NCBI GenBank assembly: GCA_965215335.1
Contig: CBDCDA010000002.1
Location: 544,001-608,000, forward strand
Reading direction: 5' to 3'
Source: an uncultured Candidatus Entotheonella sp.
GTDB taxonomy: Bacteria; Tectomicrobia; Entotheonellia; Entotheonellales; Entotheonellaceae
Length of the DNA stretch: 64,000 bases
The notes beneath the pieces are model-generated. The model made no database searches. It was not told the DNA's origin and was given only the letters and a program-made list of their open reading frames with translations. Positions within the stretch are counted from its first letter, which is position 1. Every line of letters begins with the position of its first letter. The translations under genes were made by a program, and so were the position numbers. Below, piece after piece: positions 46,632 through 56,142 of the stretch.

Positions 46632-47675
46632 ATGCAGGCGGCGGTGCTTTATGGACCGAGCCGGGTTGCCGTCGAAACGCTGCCCATCCCGGATATTGGC
46701 CCGGGCGACGTGCTGGTTCGCGTTGCCGCCGCAACCACCTGCGGCACCGATCTGAAGGTGTATCTACAGGGCCGCCACGCGCGGATGCTGACGCCGCCAT
46801 CGGTCTTCGGACACGAATTCAGCGGCACGGTGGCGGCTGTGGGAAGCCAGGTGCGGGGCTTCGAGCCCGATATGCGGGTGGTCTCCAACAATTCGGCGCC
46901 GTGTGGGCGCTGTTACTACTGCGCGCGCCGCCAGCCAAACCTGTGCGACGATCTGGTGTTCATCAACGGCGCCTACGCCGAATACATGGCGGTGCCGGAG
47001 CGCATTGTGCGCACCAACCTGCTGCGCCTTCCTGACGGCCTCCCCTTCCCGGTAGCGTGCATCACCGAGCCGCTGGCATGCGTGCTGCACTGCCTGGACT
47101 TGGCGATTTTTGCGGCCGGAGACACCGTGGTGGTGAACGGCGACGGTCCCAGCGGTCTGATGCTGGCGGCCATGGCCAAGCGGCGCGGCGCGCGGGTGAT
47201 TCTGTGCGGTCGGGCATCTCAACGCCTGCGGGTAGCGCAGCAATTCGGTGTCGAATGGCTGATCAACTACGCGGAAGTGCCCGACCAAGTCGAGGCGGTG
47301 CGCGCCCTGACGGAAGACGGCCGCGGCGTGGAAGTCGCCATCGAGGCGGTGGGACACCCCGACGTCTGGGAAACTACCACGGCGATGGTCCGCAAGGGCG
47401 GCCAGGCTATTTTTTACGGCGGCCCGCCGGGCGGCACTAGCATTCGTTTGGATGCCCCGGCCCTGCACTATGACCAGATTACCTTGCAAGGCGTGTTCCA
47501 CAACACCCCCGCGCACGTCGCACAGGCCCTGGAAATCCTGGCGGACCCGATGCTGCCTTGGGCGTCGTTATTGAGCACGACACTGCCACTGGCCCGCCTC
47601 CCCGAGGCCTTCGAGCTGATGATGGCCCGTAAAGCGCTCAAGGTGGTCATCTTGCCGACATCGCAGCCGGATTGA
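46632..47675 (+). CDS. zinc-dependent alcohol dehydrogenase (sorbitol DH-like)
   Basis: CGTD, GHE, CGRCYYC...C, EPLAC. Confidence 0.9.
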   Translation: MQAAVLYGPSRVAVETLPIPDIGPGDVLVRVAAATTCGTDLKVYLQGRHARMLTPPSVFGHEFSGTVAAVGSQVRGFEPDMRVVSNNSAPCGRCYYCARRQPNLCDDLVFINGAYAEYMAVPERIVRTNLLRLPDGLPFPVACITEPLACVLHCLDLAIFAAGDTVVVNGDGPSGLMLAAMAKRRGARVILCGRASQRLRVAQQFGVEWLINYAEVPDQVEAVRALTEDGRGVEVAIEAVGHPDVWETTTAMVRKGGQAIFYGGPPGGTSIRLDAPALHYDQITLQGVFHNTPAHVAQALEILADPMLPWASLLSTTLPLARLPEAFELMMARKALKVVILPTSQPD

Positions 47676-47812
47676 CCCTGCCCGCTCAATCCGCCCTGTT
47701 GTTTGAGTCAAGCCACTTGACTTTATCGGCAGGAACTCAGATTCTTGAAGAAGTTTCCGCTTGCTCGGCGAATGCTTGCGTGGTGCAACCCCAAGAAAGG
47801 AGGCAAGGCACA

Positions 47813-48124
47813 GTGACGAAGGCCGAATTTATTGATCAGATAGTCGAGGCATCGGGGGTGAACCTCAGCAAGAAAGACGCTGCCGGGGTCCTTGATACCA
47901 TTTTTAACGTAATCGGCGAGACGATAAAGGATGAAAAGCGCTTCTCCTATCCGGGATTCGGCACGTTTACGGTCAAGGAGCGGTCAGCCCGCAAGGGCCG
48001 CAACCCGCGCACGGGCGATGCGATCGACATCAAAGCCAGCAAGACCGTCGGTTTCAAGCCCGCCCCCGGTCTCAAACAAAGCCTGGCCCCTCCCGCGAGG
48101 CGGCGCAAACTCCGAAACACCTGA
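47813..48124 (+). CDS. hup: DNA-binding protein HU
   Basis: GFGTF, RKGRNPRTG; AAAGGAGG RBS. Confidence 0.93.
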   Translation: MTKAEFIDQIVEASGVNLSKKDAAGVLDTIFNVIGETIKDEKRFSYPGFGTFTVKERSARKGRNPRTGDAIDIKASKTVGFKPAPGLKQSLAPPARRRKLRNT

Positions 48125-48197
48125 CACCAGATCATTCGGGGGGGGGGGGGCGAGGGCATCGGCCAATGTCCAACAAGACCAAACTCACCGCCCCCGA

Positions 48198-49817
48198 TCA
48201 ATACCCCAGAGCGCACCCGTCTTTCCGGTAATCGCTCCCACCTTGCAGTACGCCTCGTTCGTGATCGATCATAATGGCCTGCCCGCCGCCGTAGGATACA
48301 TTTTGCGCGCCACGCGGCCATAACTCGTGTCCCGTGAAGCCCAACTCGTCCCGCACCGCCTGCGGGATGGCGTATTCCAGCGCCACCTCGCAGCCGCCCA
48401 TGATGCGGTAACGCGGCGCCTCCAGAGCCTCCTGTACGTTCATGCCGAAATCGATACTGTTGAGGGCGACCTGCACGTGGCCCTGCGCCTGCATGTGGCT
48501 GCCCATGACGCCGTAGCACAGCCATGGTTTGCCATCGCGCAGAATCATCGCTGGGATGATGGTGTGAAAGGGACGCTTGCCCGGCTGCAGCGCGTTCGGA
48601 TGGCTGGGGTCGGCAACGAAACCGGCGCCGCGATTTTGCAGGCAAATGCCCGTATCGCCCGCCACGATGCCGGAACCGAACCCCTGAAACAGGCTGTGGA
48701 TCAGCGAGACGGCGTTGCGTTCGGCGTCCACACACGAGACGTACACCGTGTCGCCGAAAGCCGCCGGCGTGCCGGGGGCAAAATCGCTGGCGCGGCCGGG
48801 GTTGATTTCATGGCGACGGGCGGCGGCGTAGGCTTTGGACAACAGGCCCGCCACTGGCACGCTCGCAAAGGCGGGGTCGGCAATGTAGCGGTTGCGGTCC
48901 GCAAAAGCCTGCTTGGTAGCCTCGATGAGCAGGTGGTAATACGGGGCCGAGCCGTATTCGTGAGCCGCGAGGTCAAACCCTTCGAGCACGTTGAGGGCCA
49001 TCAGGGCGGTGATCCCCTGGCCGTTGGGCGGCAGTTCCAGGACGGTGTGGCCGCGGTAGTCGGTGCCGATGGGTTCTACCCATTCGGTGGTGTGGGTAGC
49101 GAAGTCCTGCATGTCGAAGAAGCCGCCCTCGTTCTGCGAGAAGGCCACGATGCGCTTGGCGATGTCGCCGCGATAGAAGGCGTCACGTCCTTCGGCAGCG
49201 AGAATCCGCAGCGTCTCCGCGAGCTGGGGCTGCCGATGCACGTCGCCGGCTCGCGGTGCCTTGCCGGCGACCAAATACGTCTGGGCGCTAGCGGGATATT
49301 GGGACAGCAGCGGCGCGTCATGCTGCCATTGCTGGGCGATGACCTCGCTCACCGGGAAGCCGTCGCAGGCATACATGAGGGCGGGCTCGACAATTTCCGC
49401 GAAGCTGAGCCTGCCGTGCCGCTCCAGGACCCCCGCAAAGGCGTCGATGGCCCCGGGAACCGTGATCGACCCCCAGCCCTTCGACGGCACGCCCTCGATG
49501 CCCCGCTGCCGCAACGCTTCCAGGGTCAGGCGCCCGGGACAGCGCCCGCTGCCGTTGACCCCGTAGATGCGTTGGTCGGCGGCCCGGTAGTAGAGCAGGA
49601 AGGCGTCCCCGCCGATGCCGGTGGACATTGGTTCCACCACCCCCAGCGTCAGCGCCGTGGCAATGGCGGCATCCAGCGCGTTGCCGCCCTTCTTCAAGAT
49701 GGACAATCCGGCCTCGCTGGCCAGCGGCTGGCTCGTGGCCACCATGCCGTTACGCGTCATGACGACCGAACGCCGGGCCGCAAAGCCGTCGCGCTCAAGC
49801 CGACTGGTTTCAAACAT
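48198..49817 (-). CDS. ggt: gamma-glutamyltransferase
   Basis: GGNALDAA, GIGGD, GDTVY (Thr nucleophile), PFHTIIP. Confidence 0.93.
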   Translation of the reverse strand: MFETSRLERDGFAARRSVVMTRNGMVATSQPLASEAGLSILKKGGNALDAAIATALTLGVVEPMSTGIGGDAFLLYYRAADQRIYGVNGSGRCPGRLTLEALRQRGIEGVPSKGWGSITVPGAIDAFAGVLERHGRLSFAEIVEPALMYACDGFPVSEVIAQQWQHDAPLLSQYPASAQTYLVAGKAPRAGDVHRQPQLAETLRILAAEGRDAFYRGDIAKRIVAFSQNEGGFFDMQDFATHTTEWVEPIGTDYRGHTVLELPPNGQGITALMALNVLEGFDLAAHEYGSAPYYHLLIEATKQAFADRNRYIADPAFASVPVAGLLSKAYAAARRHEINPGRASDFAPGTPAAFGDTVYVSCVDAERNAVSLIHSLFQGFGSGIVAGDTGICLQNRGAGFVADPSHPNALQPGKRPFHTIIPAMILRDGKPWLCYGVMGSHMQAQGHVQVALNSIDFGMNVQEALEAPRYRIMGGCEVALEYAIPQAVRDELGFTGHELWPRGAQNVSYGGGQAIMIDHERGVLQGGSDYRKDGCALGY

Positions 49818-50640
49818 GTTTCCCCTCCTGGCGCAAACGATTCCAGATGTCGTCCATCTCTTCCAGCGTCGCGTCCTCGATCCGCCGGCCGCGCCGTGCG
49901 AGTTCCTCCTCGATACCCCGGAAGCGCCGCTCAAACTTGCCGATCGCCTGACGCAAGGCGTCCTCGCCGCTCAGGCGCAGGAAACGCCCGAGGTTGACGA
50001 GACTGAACAGCACATCACCGAACTCTTCCTGGATGGCGACGCCCTCCCCTGCCGAGCAGGCTTCCCGCAATTCGCTGATTTCTTCGACAACCTTGCCCCA
50101 TACGTCATCCATGTGCTGCCAGTCGAACCCCACTGACGACGCTTTTTCCTGCAGGCGCCGCGCCCGATTGAGGGCCGGCAGGGTGCGTGGCACGCCGTCC
50201 AGGATCGACTCTCTCCCCTTTTCCCGCTGCTTCGCCGCCTCCCAGCGTTGCCGAATTACCGTCGTATCCACCGCCGGCTGGTCCCCGAACACGTGCGGAT
50301 GCCGCCTGATCAGCTTGTGAATCACGGTGCGGATGCTGTCGCCGAGCGTAAACCGCCCCGCCTCGCTGGCCAGAGACCCCTGAAAAACAATATGCAACAG
50401 CAAGTCCCCAAGCTCTTCCCGCAACGCCCCCGCATCGTCTGCCGTGACGCTTTCCATCACCTCATGCGTCTCTTCCAGCAGATACGGCAGCAAGCTCTGC
50501 GGGGTTTGCTGCCGGTCCCACGGGCAACCCTGCTCGGACCTCAACCTGTCCACCACGCCCATGAGTTCTAGCAACAACTTCCCGGTCGTGTCCTTCTGGC
50601 TGTCAGCTTTGTCCAACCCAACCTCGTCCGCCCATTTCAT
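49810..50640 (-). CDS. mazG: nucleoside triphosphate pyrophosphohydrolase
   Basis: GCPWD, EELGDLL, KLIRRHPHVF, EEFGD. Confidence 0.95.
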   Translation of the reverse strand: MKWADEVGLDKADSQKDTTGKLLLELMGVVDRLRSEQGCPWDRQQTPQSLLPYLLEETHEVMESVTADDAGALREELGDLLLHIVFQGSLASEAGRFTLGDSIRTVIHKLIRRHPHVFGDQPAVDTTVIRQRWEAAKQREKGRESILDGVPRTLPALNRARRLQEKASSVGFDWQHMDDVWGKVVEEISELREACSAGEGVAIQEEFGDVLFSLVNLGRFLRLSGEDALRQAIGKFERRFRGIEEELARRGRRIEDATLEEMDDIWNRLRQEGKHV

Positions 50641-50757
50641 TTCTTCCTCTTCTCACGTCTGGCCCACTGCATGTTTTTCCGCAACCGCCATGCGGACCGC
50701 ATTCTACCGTTGACCCCGCTCCCGAACAACATTCCAGCGTGGCTGACAACCCGCCGA

Positions 50758-52170
50758 TCATGACACTGGAGCCGCCAGGTCGATGCCGTCGCGGGCCAGG
50801 TCTTCGGCGCGGGCGAGGGTGGCCATGGTGCCGGGCGGGTGGTGGTACCAGCCGGGGTCGTCGCCGGAAATGAGATTGTCGCGCACGCGGACCAGGGTAA
50901 ACATGCCGCCGGCAGTCAGGTATTCGCCGAAGGGACCCGGCTTGCTCTTCATGGGAATGCTGTTGCGCGGCATGGGCATGAGGGAAGCCATGTAGCCCAT
51001 GGCCATGCCGTCGTGGCCCATCGTCATGTAACCGGGCACGAGCGATTGCATACGCTGATCCAGGTCCCCGGGTTGCAGTCCCACCATATTCGGAAAGCCA
51101 TGGCCCATCTGGTTCATGGTGTGGTGCGTCATGTGGCAGTGCAGCGGCCAGTCGCCCGGCGCGTCGGCGATGAACTCCAGGTTACGCGTCTGCCCCACGG
51201 CAACCAGCGCCGAGGTTTCGGGCCACTGAGCCGACAGAGGAATGTCCTCGCCGTCCGTGGCAGCGATACGGAAGTGAAAGCCGTGCAGATGAATGGGATG
51301 GTGGTGCATCTGGCTCAGATTGCCGAGCCGGATGCGCACCCGGTCGCCCGTTCGGCAGACCAGCGGTGCGGTGGCGGGGAAGCACTTGCCGTTCATCGTC
51401 AGGATGTTGAAATCACTCATTTCCAGGGTATTGGGGCGCGAGGTGCCGGGCACCATGGCCCACTCGCTGAGCATGATGGCGAAATCGCGGTCGACCCGAT
51501 ACTGCGGTGCCGGGTTGCGCGGATGAATCACGAACATGCCGATCAGCCCCATGCCCTCCTGCGTCATGGTGTCGTGGTGCGAGTGATACATGAAGGTGCC
51601 GTGCTGCCGCAGGGTCCACTCGTACCGGAACGTCTCGCCGGGTTTGATGCTGGGATGGCTGAGGCCGCTGACCCCGTCCATGCCGTTGGGGAGGTACAGG
51701 CCGTGCCAGTGGACGGAGGTCGGCACCTGCAAGCGGTTGGTGACGTAGATACGCACCCGCTCGCCCTCGACCGCCTCGATGACCGTGCTGTTGACGTGGC
51801 CGCTGTAGCCCCAGCAGGTCGCGCGCAAGTCGTCATCGAAATGATGGGTCAACTCTTGCGCCACGAGGTGGAAGACCTTGACGCCATCCACGATCTTGAA
51901 CGGCAGGGCGGCGCCGTTCGGTATGGTAACGGGCATGTAATGCCGCCCCGGCAAGCCCGGCGGCAGGGATCTTACGTTCACCGGTCCGCCGCTGTAACTG
52001 GCTGCCCAATACGGCCGTTGATCCGCGGCATCGCCACTCGCCCTGCCGGGTTGATACGTCGGCCCGGCGTTGGCCACGCTGTTGCGGGCGCCGCTGACCC
52101 AGGCCGCGGCGCCGCCGAGGATACTGGCCGCCAGGCGCACCAAGTTGCGCCTCGAAAGCCTTGGCATCAC
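50758..52170 (-). CDS. two-domain multicopper oxidase, Tat-exported
   Basis: SRRNL Tat motif; HWHG, YHSH, HPIHLHG, HCHMTHH. Confidence 0.92.
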   Translation of the reverse strand: MMPRLSRRNLVRLAASILGGAAAWVSGARNSVANAGPTYQPGRASGDAADQRPYWAASYSGGPVNVRSLPPGLPGRHYMPVTIPNGAALPFKIVDGVKVFHLVAQELTHHFDDDLRATCWGYSGHVNSTVIEAVEGERVRIYVTNRLQVPTSVHWHGLYLPNGMDGVSGLSHPSIKPGETFRYEWTLRQHGTFMYHSHHDTMTQEGMGLIGMFVIHPRNPAPQYRVDRDFAIMLSEWAMVPGTSRPNTLEMSDFNILTMNGKCFPATAPLVCRTGDRVRIRLGNLSQMHHHPIHLHGFHFRIAATDGEDIPLSAQWPETSALVAVGQTRNLEFIADAPGDWPLHCHMTHHTMNQMGHGFPNMVGLQPGDLDQRMQSLVPGYMTMGHDGMAMGYMASLMPMPRNSIPMKSKPGPFGEYLTAGGMFTLVRVRDNLISGDDPGWYHHPPGTMATLARAEDLARDGIDLAAPVS

Positions 52171-52182
52171 GATTTCCTCCCC

Positions 52183-53598
52183 TTAATGCTCATCTTCCGG
52201 GGCCCTGCTCCCCGCATCGCGTCGGGCCGCCATCGCCATCCCCGGCGCCCGCGGCAAACGCCCGCTCAGCAGGTGCTCCAGGTCGTTGCGGGCCAGCCAA
52301 TAATCCCGTATCGACTCGATGTAGGCCGCGGCACTTTGAATCTGCCGTTCCTGCGCGTGCAGGAGTTGAAAGATACCGAGTTGCATGGCGTTGTAGTGCA
52401 ACTGCGTCTCACGGAGGAGACGTTCGCGCAGCGGCAGCACGATATCGCGGTAATACAACACCCGCTGCCGCGCCGCCTGTACCCGGTCGCGCACCTGCCG
52501 GGCCGTGGCGCGAATCCGCACGGCCAGGGCGTAGTAATCATGCTGGCTGCGGCGCAGTTCAGCCCGCGCCCGGCCTACGCGCGCCCGACCCTGATCGAAG
52601 AGTGGCAGGACAAACTCGAGCGTCGGTCCGGCCGACCAGTCACCCTCTTCGCGCTCGCCGACACCACCCAGCTCAAGGTCCGACAGGAACGCCGTACTGC
52701 GTTGCAATCCCGTGGCCTCACCGGCGATCAGCACGCCCTGCCGAGCCCTGGCCAAGTCGAGACTGCGCTTCAGAGCGCGCGTTTCGAGGTGATTCAGAGA
52801 CAGCGCCGTTTCGGGCATGCCGGGAAGCCGCTGGCTGACTTTCCAGATCACTGATTCCCCCCACAGGCCCATGGCGTCGTTCAGCCGTTCGCGGCTGTCG
52901 CGGACAGCCATCTCGGTAGCGGCAAGCGCCAACTTGGCGTCTTCGAGCAGGGCGCGTTCCCGCATCAAATCGAGGTCGTTGACGTTGCCGGCGGCATGCA
53001 GGCGCTGTGCCGTATCCCATCTGACGGTGAGGCCTTGCACGATCGTAGCTTGCAGTTCCCGCACTTGCTCGTTGGTCTGGTGGCGATAAAACATGGCGCG
53101 CACCGTGGCGACGAAATCCAGCACCTCTCCGGTGACGCGCAGCTTGGCATCCTCGAACCGAGCCGCGGCAACGCGTCGGCGCAGCGGGATCATGAACACC
53201 TTGAGAAAATCCAGGGCAACGCCAAACTCTAACGCCGCGGCGCCGCCGACCGGAAACCGTGCGCCCGCTTCAAACAGCGGGTTCCTCAGCAGACCGGCCT
53301 GCACCAGGTCGGCCTGCGCGACTCCTAAATCGGCGTACAGCGCCTGCAGGGAACGGTTGTTGAGAAGCGCGATCCGTACCGCGCTGTCGGCGGTCAACGC
53401 CTGCTCCAGAAGGCCACGAAGCGCTTGCGCCGCCTGGGCATCGACCGTCGTGCCGAGGTTCCACTCGATCCGCTGACCGGCACGCCCCTGAACCTCCTCC
53501 CTGACTTCCGAAAACCCGGCGCGCGGGTCAAACGCGGCGCAGCCCCCGAGCACAACCAGAAGCAGCAACCCGCAAGCCAGTCTTCCCGATTCTGTCAC
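52183..53598 (-). CDS. TolC family outer membrane lipoprotein (copper cluster)
   Basis: LGGC lipobox; ALLNNRSLQA, ADLVQAGLL.NP, YNAM. Confidence 0.88.
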   Translation of the reverse strand: MTESGRLACGLLLLVVLGGCAAFDPRAGFSEVREEVQGRAGQRIEWNLGTTVDAQAAQALRGLLEQALTADSAVRIALLNNRSLQALYADLGVAQADLVQAGLLRNPLFEAGARFPVGGAAALEFGVALDFLKVFMIPLRRRVAAARFEDAKLRVTGEVLDFVATVRAMFYRHQTNEQVRELQATIVQGLTVRWDTAQRLHAAGNVNDLDLMRERALLEDAKLALAATEMAVRDSRERLNDAMGLWGESVIWKVSQRLPGMPETALSLNHLETRALKRSLDLARARQGVLIAGEATGLQRSTAFLSDLELGGVGEREEGDWSAGPTLEFVLPLFDQGRARVGRARAELRRSQHDYYALAVRIRATARQVRDRVQAARQRVLYYRDIVLPLRERLLRETQLHYNAMQLGIFQLLHAQERQIQSAAAYIESIRDYWLARNDLEHLLSGRLPRAPGMAMAARRDAGSRAPEDEH

Positions 53599-54074
53599 GG
53601 CGCTGTGACCCTTTCGATGGCGATAATCGCGTCTGTCGCCGTGTCAATGGTGAATCGTACCGAATCGCCGGATCGGACGTGATCGAGCAGCGATGGCGAG
53701 TAAACCCGAAACCCCATCGTCATGGCGTTCATGAACCCTTCAATTTCCTCGTGATCGATGACGATCTGCTGCGTGTCAGGCACCAGCGCCACCACGATTC
53801 CCTCGCCGACGACGGTCCGCTGCTCCTCCAGGGGCGCGGCAGCGTGCTCCATGGCATGGGTGCTTTCTGTGCCCATAGACAGGTCATCGCGGGATGGTTC
53901 ATCAGCACGGGCCGTCAGCGTCGGAGACAGCGGCCGGGATGGAGCGGCCGCGGCCTGTGGGTGAGCGGGGTGATCGGTGCTTGCCGGCGGCATGCTATAG
54001 ACGGTGCATCCGCTGAGCAGTGCCAAGGTGGTCAGGGCTGCGAAGACGCGCGTTCCGCGCCGGTTGCTACTCAT
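53595..54074 (-). CDS. CusF-like copper-binding lipoprotein
   Basis: LSGC lipobox; IDHEEIEGFMNAMTMGF...GDSVRF. Confidence 0.85.
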   Translation of the reverse strand: MSSNRRGTRVFAALTTLALLSGCTVYSMPPASTDHPAHPQAAAAPSRPLSPTLTARADEPSRDDLSMGTESTHAMEHAAAPLEEQRTVVGEGIVVALVPDTQQIVIDHEEIEGFMNAMTMGFRVYSPSLLDHVRSGDSVRFTIDTATDAIIAIERVTAP

Positions 54075-54783
54075 GAGTCAACTCCTCGATCATGATGATG
54101 GCCTGTTGCTGCGTGTCGATGGTGAATCGCACCCTATCGCCGGGCTTGACGTGATGCAACAGCGACGGCGGCTCGACCTTGTACCCCATCGTCATGGCTT
54201 CCATGAAGCCTTCGATCTTCTCGTGCTCCACGACGATCTGCTGCCGGTCCGGCAGCAGGGTGACCACGCTGCCCTTGCCCACCACCCTCCGGGACATCGC
54301 GGCCATTTTGAATCCCCCGTGAAACGCCGCGCACACATAGGCCAGGACGTCCCAGATCTGATTCTCGCTGAGCAGCGTCTTGAATGCCGGCATGGCCGAC
54401 TTTGCCGATTTGAAGGGCTCTACCGTGCCGCCCTCGCTGACGCGCCAGTACAGATAAGCGTCGCCGTCGCCGGGCCGTGAGTGAAAGTGGTGGGCGAGGT
54501 CGGCGGGTGGGTGCGACAAGGTCTTGGCAAAGGCGGTCACGCCGCGGCCGTCGGCACCGTGGCACACGGTGCAGTGGGTGTCGTACAGCGGCTTGCCGCG
54601 CGTGATGGCGCCGTCGTCGCCCCAGCGGTGGCTGATCTTGTCGGCGTACGTCACGGGTGGGACGTGCCACCGCTTGTGCTTGTGCGTACCGTGATGGTCG
54701 TGCGCCTCTGTTGCCCACAGGGTTCCCGCCGCGACGGCGGACAGCAGGACGGCGAGGCTCAAACCGACAATTGCTCGCTGCAT
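54067..54783 (-). CDS. c-type cytochrome fused to a CusF-like copper-binding domain
   Basis: signal peptide; His-rich linker; CTVCH and AMPAF; VEHEKIEGFMEAMTMGY...GDRVRF. Confidence 0.85.
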   Translation of the reverse strand: MQRAIVGLSLAVLLSAVAAGTLWATEAHDHHGTHKHKRWHVPPVTYADKISHRWGDDGAITRGKPLYDTHCTVCHGADGRGVTAFAKTLSHPPADLAHHFHSRPGDGDAYLYWRVSEGGTVEPFKSAKSAMPAFKTLLSENQIWDVLAYVCAAFHGGFKMAAMSRRVVGKGSVVTLLPDRQQIVVEHEKIEGFMEAMTMGYKVEPPSLLHHVKPGDRVRFTIDTQQQAIIMIEELTHE

Positions 54784-54834
54784 GGAGCACTCCTTTTTTT
54801 CTTGCAATGAAGACCACGAAGACCGCCGAGGCAG

Positions 54835-55950
54835 TTACGCCTCCGAACCGGCGGCGATGCAGGCTTGCAGGCGCGGCAGCACCGTCTGTCTCACCCGCAC
54901 GCATTCCTCGACGTGCGGAAAGCCGGACAGGATGAATTCGTCAACGCCGAGTTTCCAGTATTGATGGAGTTCCCGGGCCACCTGCCGCGGCGTGCCGACG
55001 ATGGCCGTACCGCAGTTAACGCGCACGGTAGCCAGGCCATTCCACAGATGCCTTCCGAGCCGATGGCGGTTCGCATCCGCACCGGGCGCTGATGACTGCC
55101 TGCCAACCGCCACCGCCTGCCGCTGCCGCAGCACCTCGGGGTCGGCATCGGAAATCAGGCGATGCGCCGCGTCCCACGCTTCGTCGGCGTCGTCGCGCAC
55201 AATCAGGTGGGTGCGCAGGCCGAACGCCGGCACGCGACCGCACGCCTCGCCGGCCACCCGCACCCGCGCGATGCGGGCTGCGACCTGCTCCAGCGGCTCG
55301 ATCCACAGCAGGTACACGTCAGCCTCGCGCGCCGCCAGCGCCTCGGCGCGCGGCGACGCTCCACCCTGGTAAAAACGCGGCGTTCCGAACGGCGCCGGCA
55401 CGCAGCGGGCACCGCGCAGCGTCAGGTGACGACCAGCAAAATCCGTCACCTCCCCCGTCCACAGCGCCCGGCAGGCGCGCATCAGTTCCTCGGCCTGCTC
55501 ATAGCGCCCGGCGTGGTCGCTGTCCACCCCGAGGCGCTCGAAATCGTGCCGGATGCCGCCGGGCACGATATTGATGTCCACCCGCCCGCAGCTGATCTGA
55601 TCCAGCGTCGCCACCATCCTGGCCAGCAACCCGGCGGCGATGAAGCCGGGGCGCACGGCGATCAGAAAGCGGATGCGTGGCGTCAGCGCCGCCAACGCCG
55701 TCGCCGTGGTCCACGTTTCCATCAGCGGCGCGCCCTCGTCGAACAAGCCGTTGACGAATCGCGTCGGAATCAGCAGCCCGTGAAAGTCCTGCTCCTCCGC
55801 CGCCCGCACCACCCGCGCCAGATAGTCGAAATCCGGCGGCTGCTCGGCCCGCGCCGTGCCGAGCCGGGCGCCGTCGCCGTCGATGGGAATGAACCAGTGG
55901 AACAGCGGTTCGGGACGCGTCGCCATCATGCCCGTGTATCTCCTCTTCAT
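54835..55950 (-). CDS. LLM-class flavin-dependent monooxygenase (SsuD-like)
   Basis: HWFIPIDGD, FLIAVRPG, ATLDQIS.GR, FILSGFPH.EE. Confidence 0.88.
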   Translation of the reverse strand: MKRRYTGMMATRPEPLFHWFIPIDGDGARLGTARAEQPPDFDYLARVVRAAEEQDFHGLLIPTRFVNGLFDEGAPLMETWTTATALAALTPRIRFLIAVRPGFIAAGLLARMVATLDQISCGRVDINIVPGGIRHDFERLGVDSDHAGRYEQAEELMRACRALWTGEVTDFAGRHLTLRGARCVPAPFGTPRFYQGGASPRAEALAAREADVYLLWIEPLEQVAARIARVRVAGEACGRVPAFGLRTHLIVRDDADEAWDAAHRLISDADPEVLRQRQAVAVGRQSSAPGADANRHRLGRHLWNGLATVRVNCGTAIVGTPRQVARELHQYWKLGVDEFILSGFPHVEECVRVRQTVLPRLQACIAAGSEA

Positions 55951-56142
55951 GCACCCCGCTGCCGCACGGCAGCGTTTTGACTTGACCCGGGAATTTCATT
56001 ATAGTGCAACGCCTTGTGAGTCCTGTGTCAAGACCATGGCAGGGGCATGCGGTGCTCCGGTTTCCCTCGCCCCTTGCAAGCGGGTCGGCGCGATGACGAG
56101 CCTGGCCCCTGAAAAGCGGCAAACGCATGAGGAGAGGCACTG

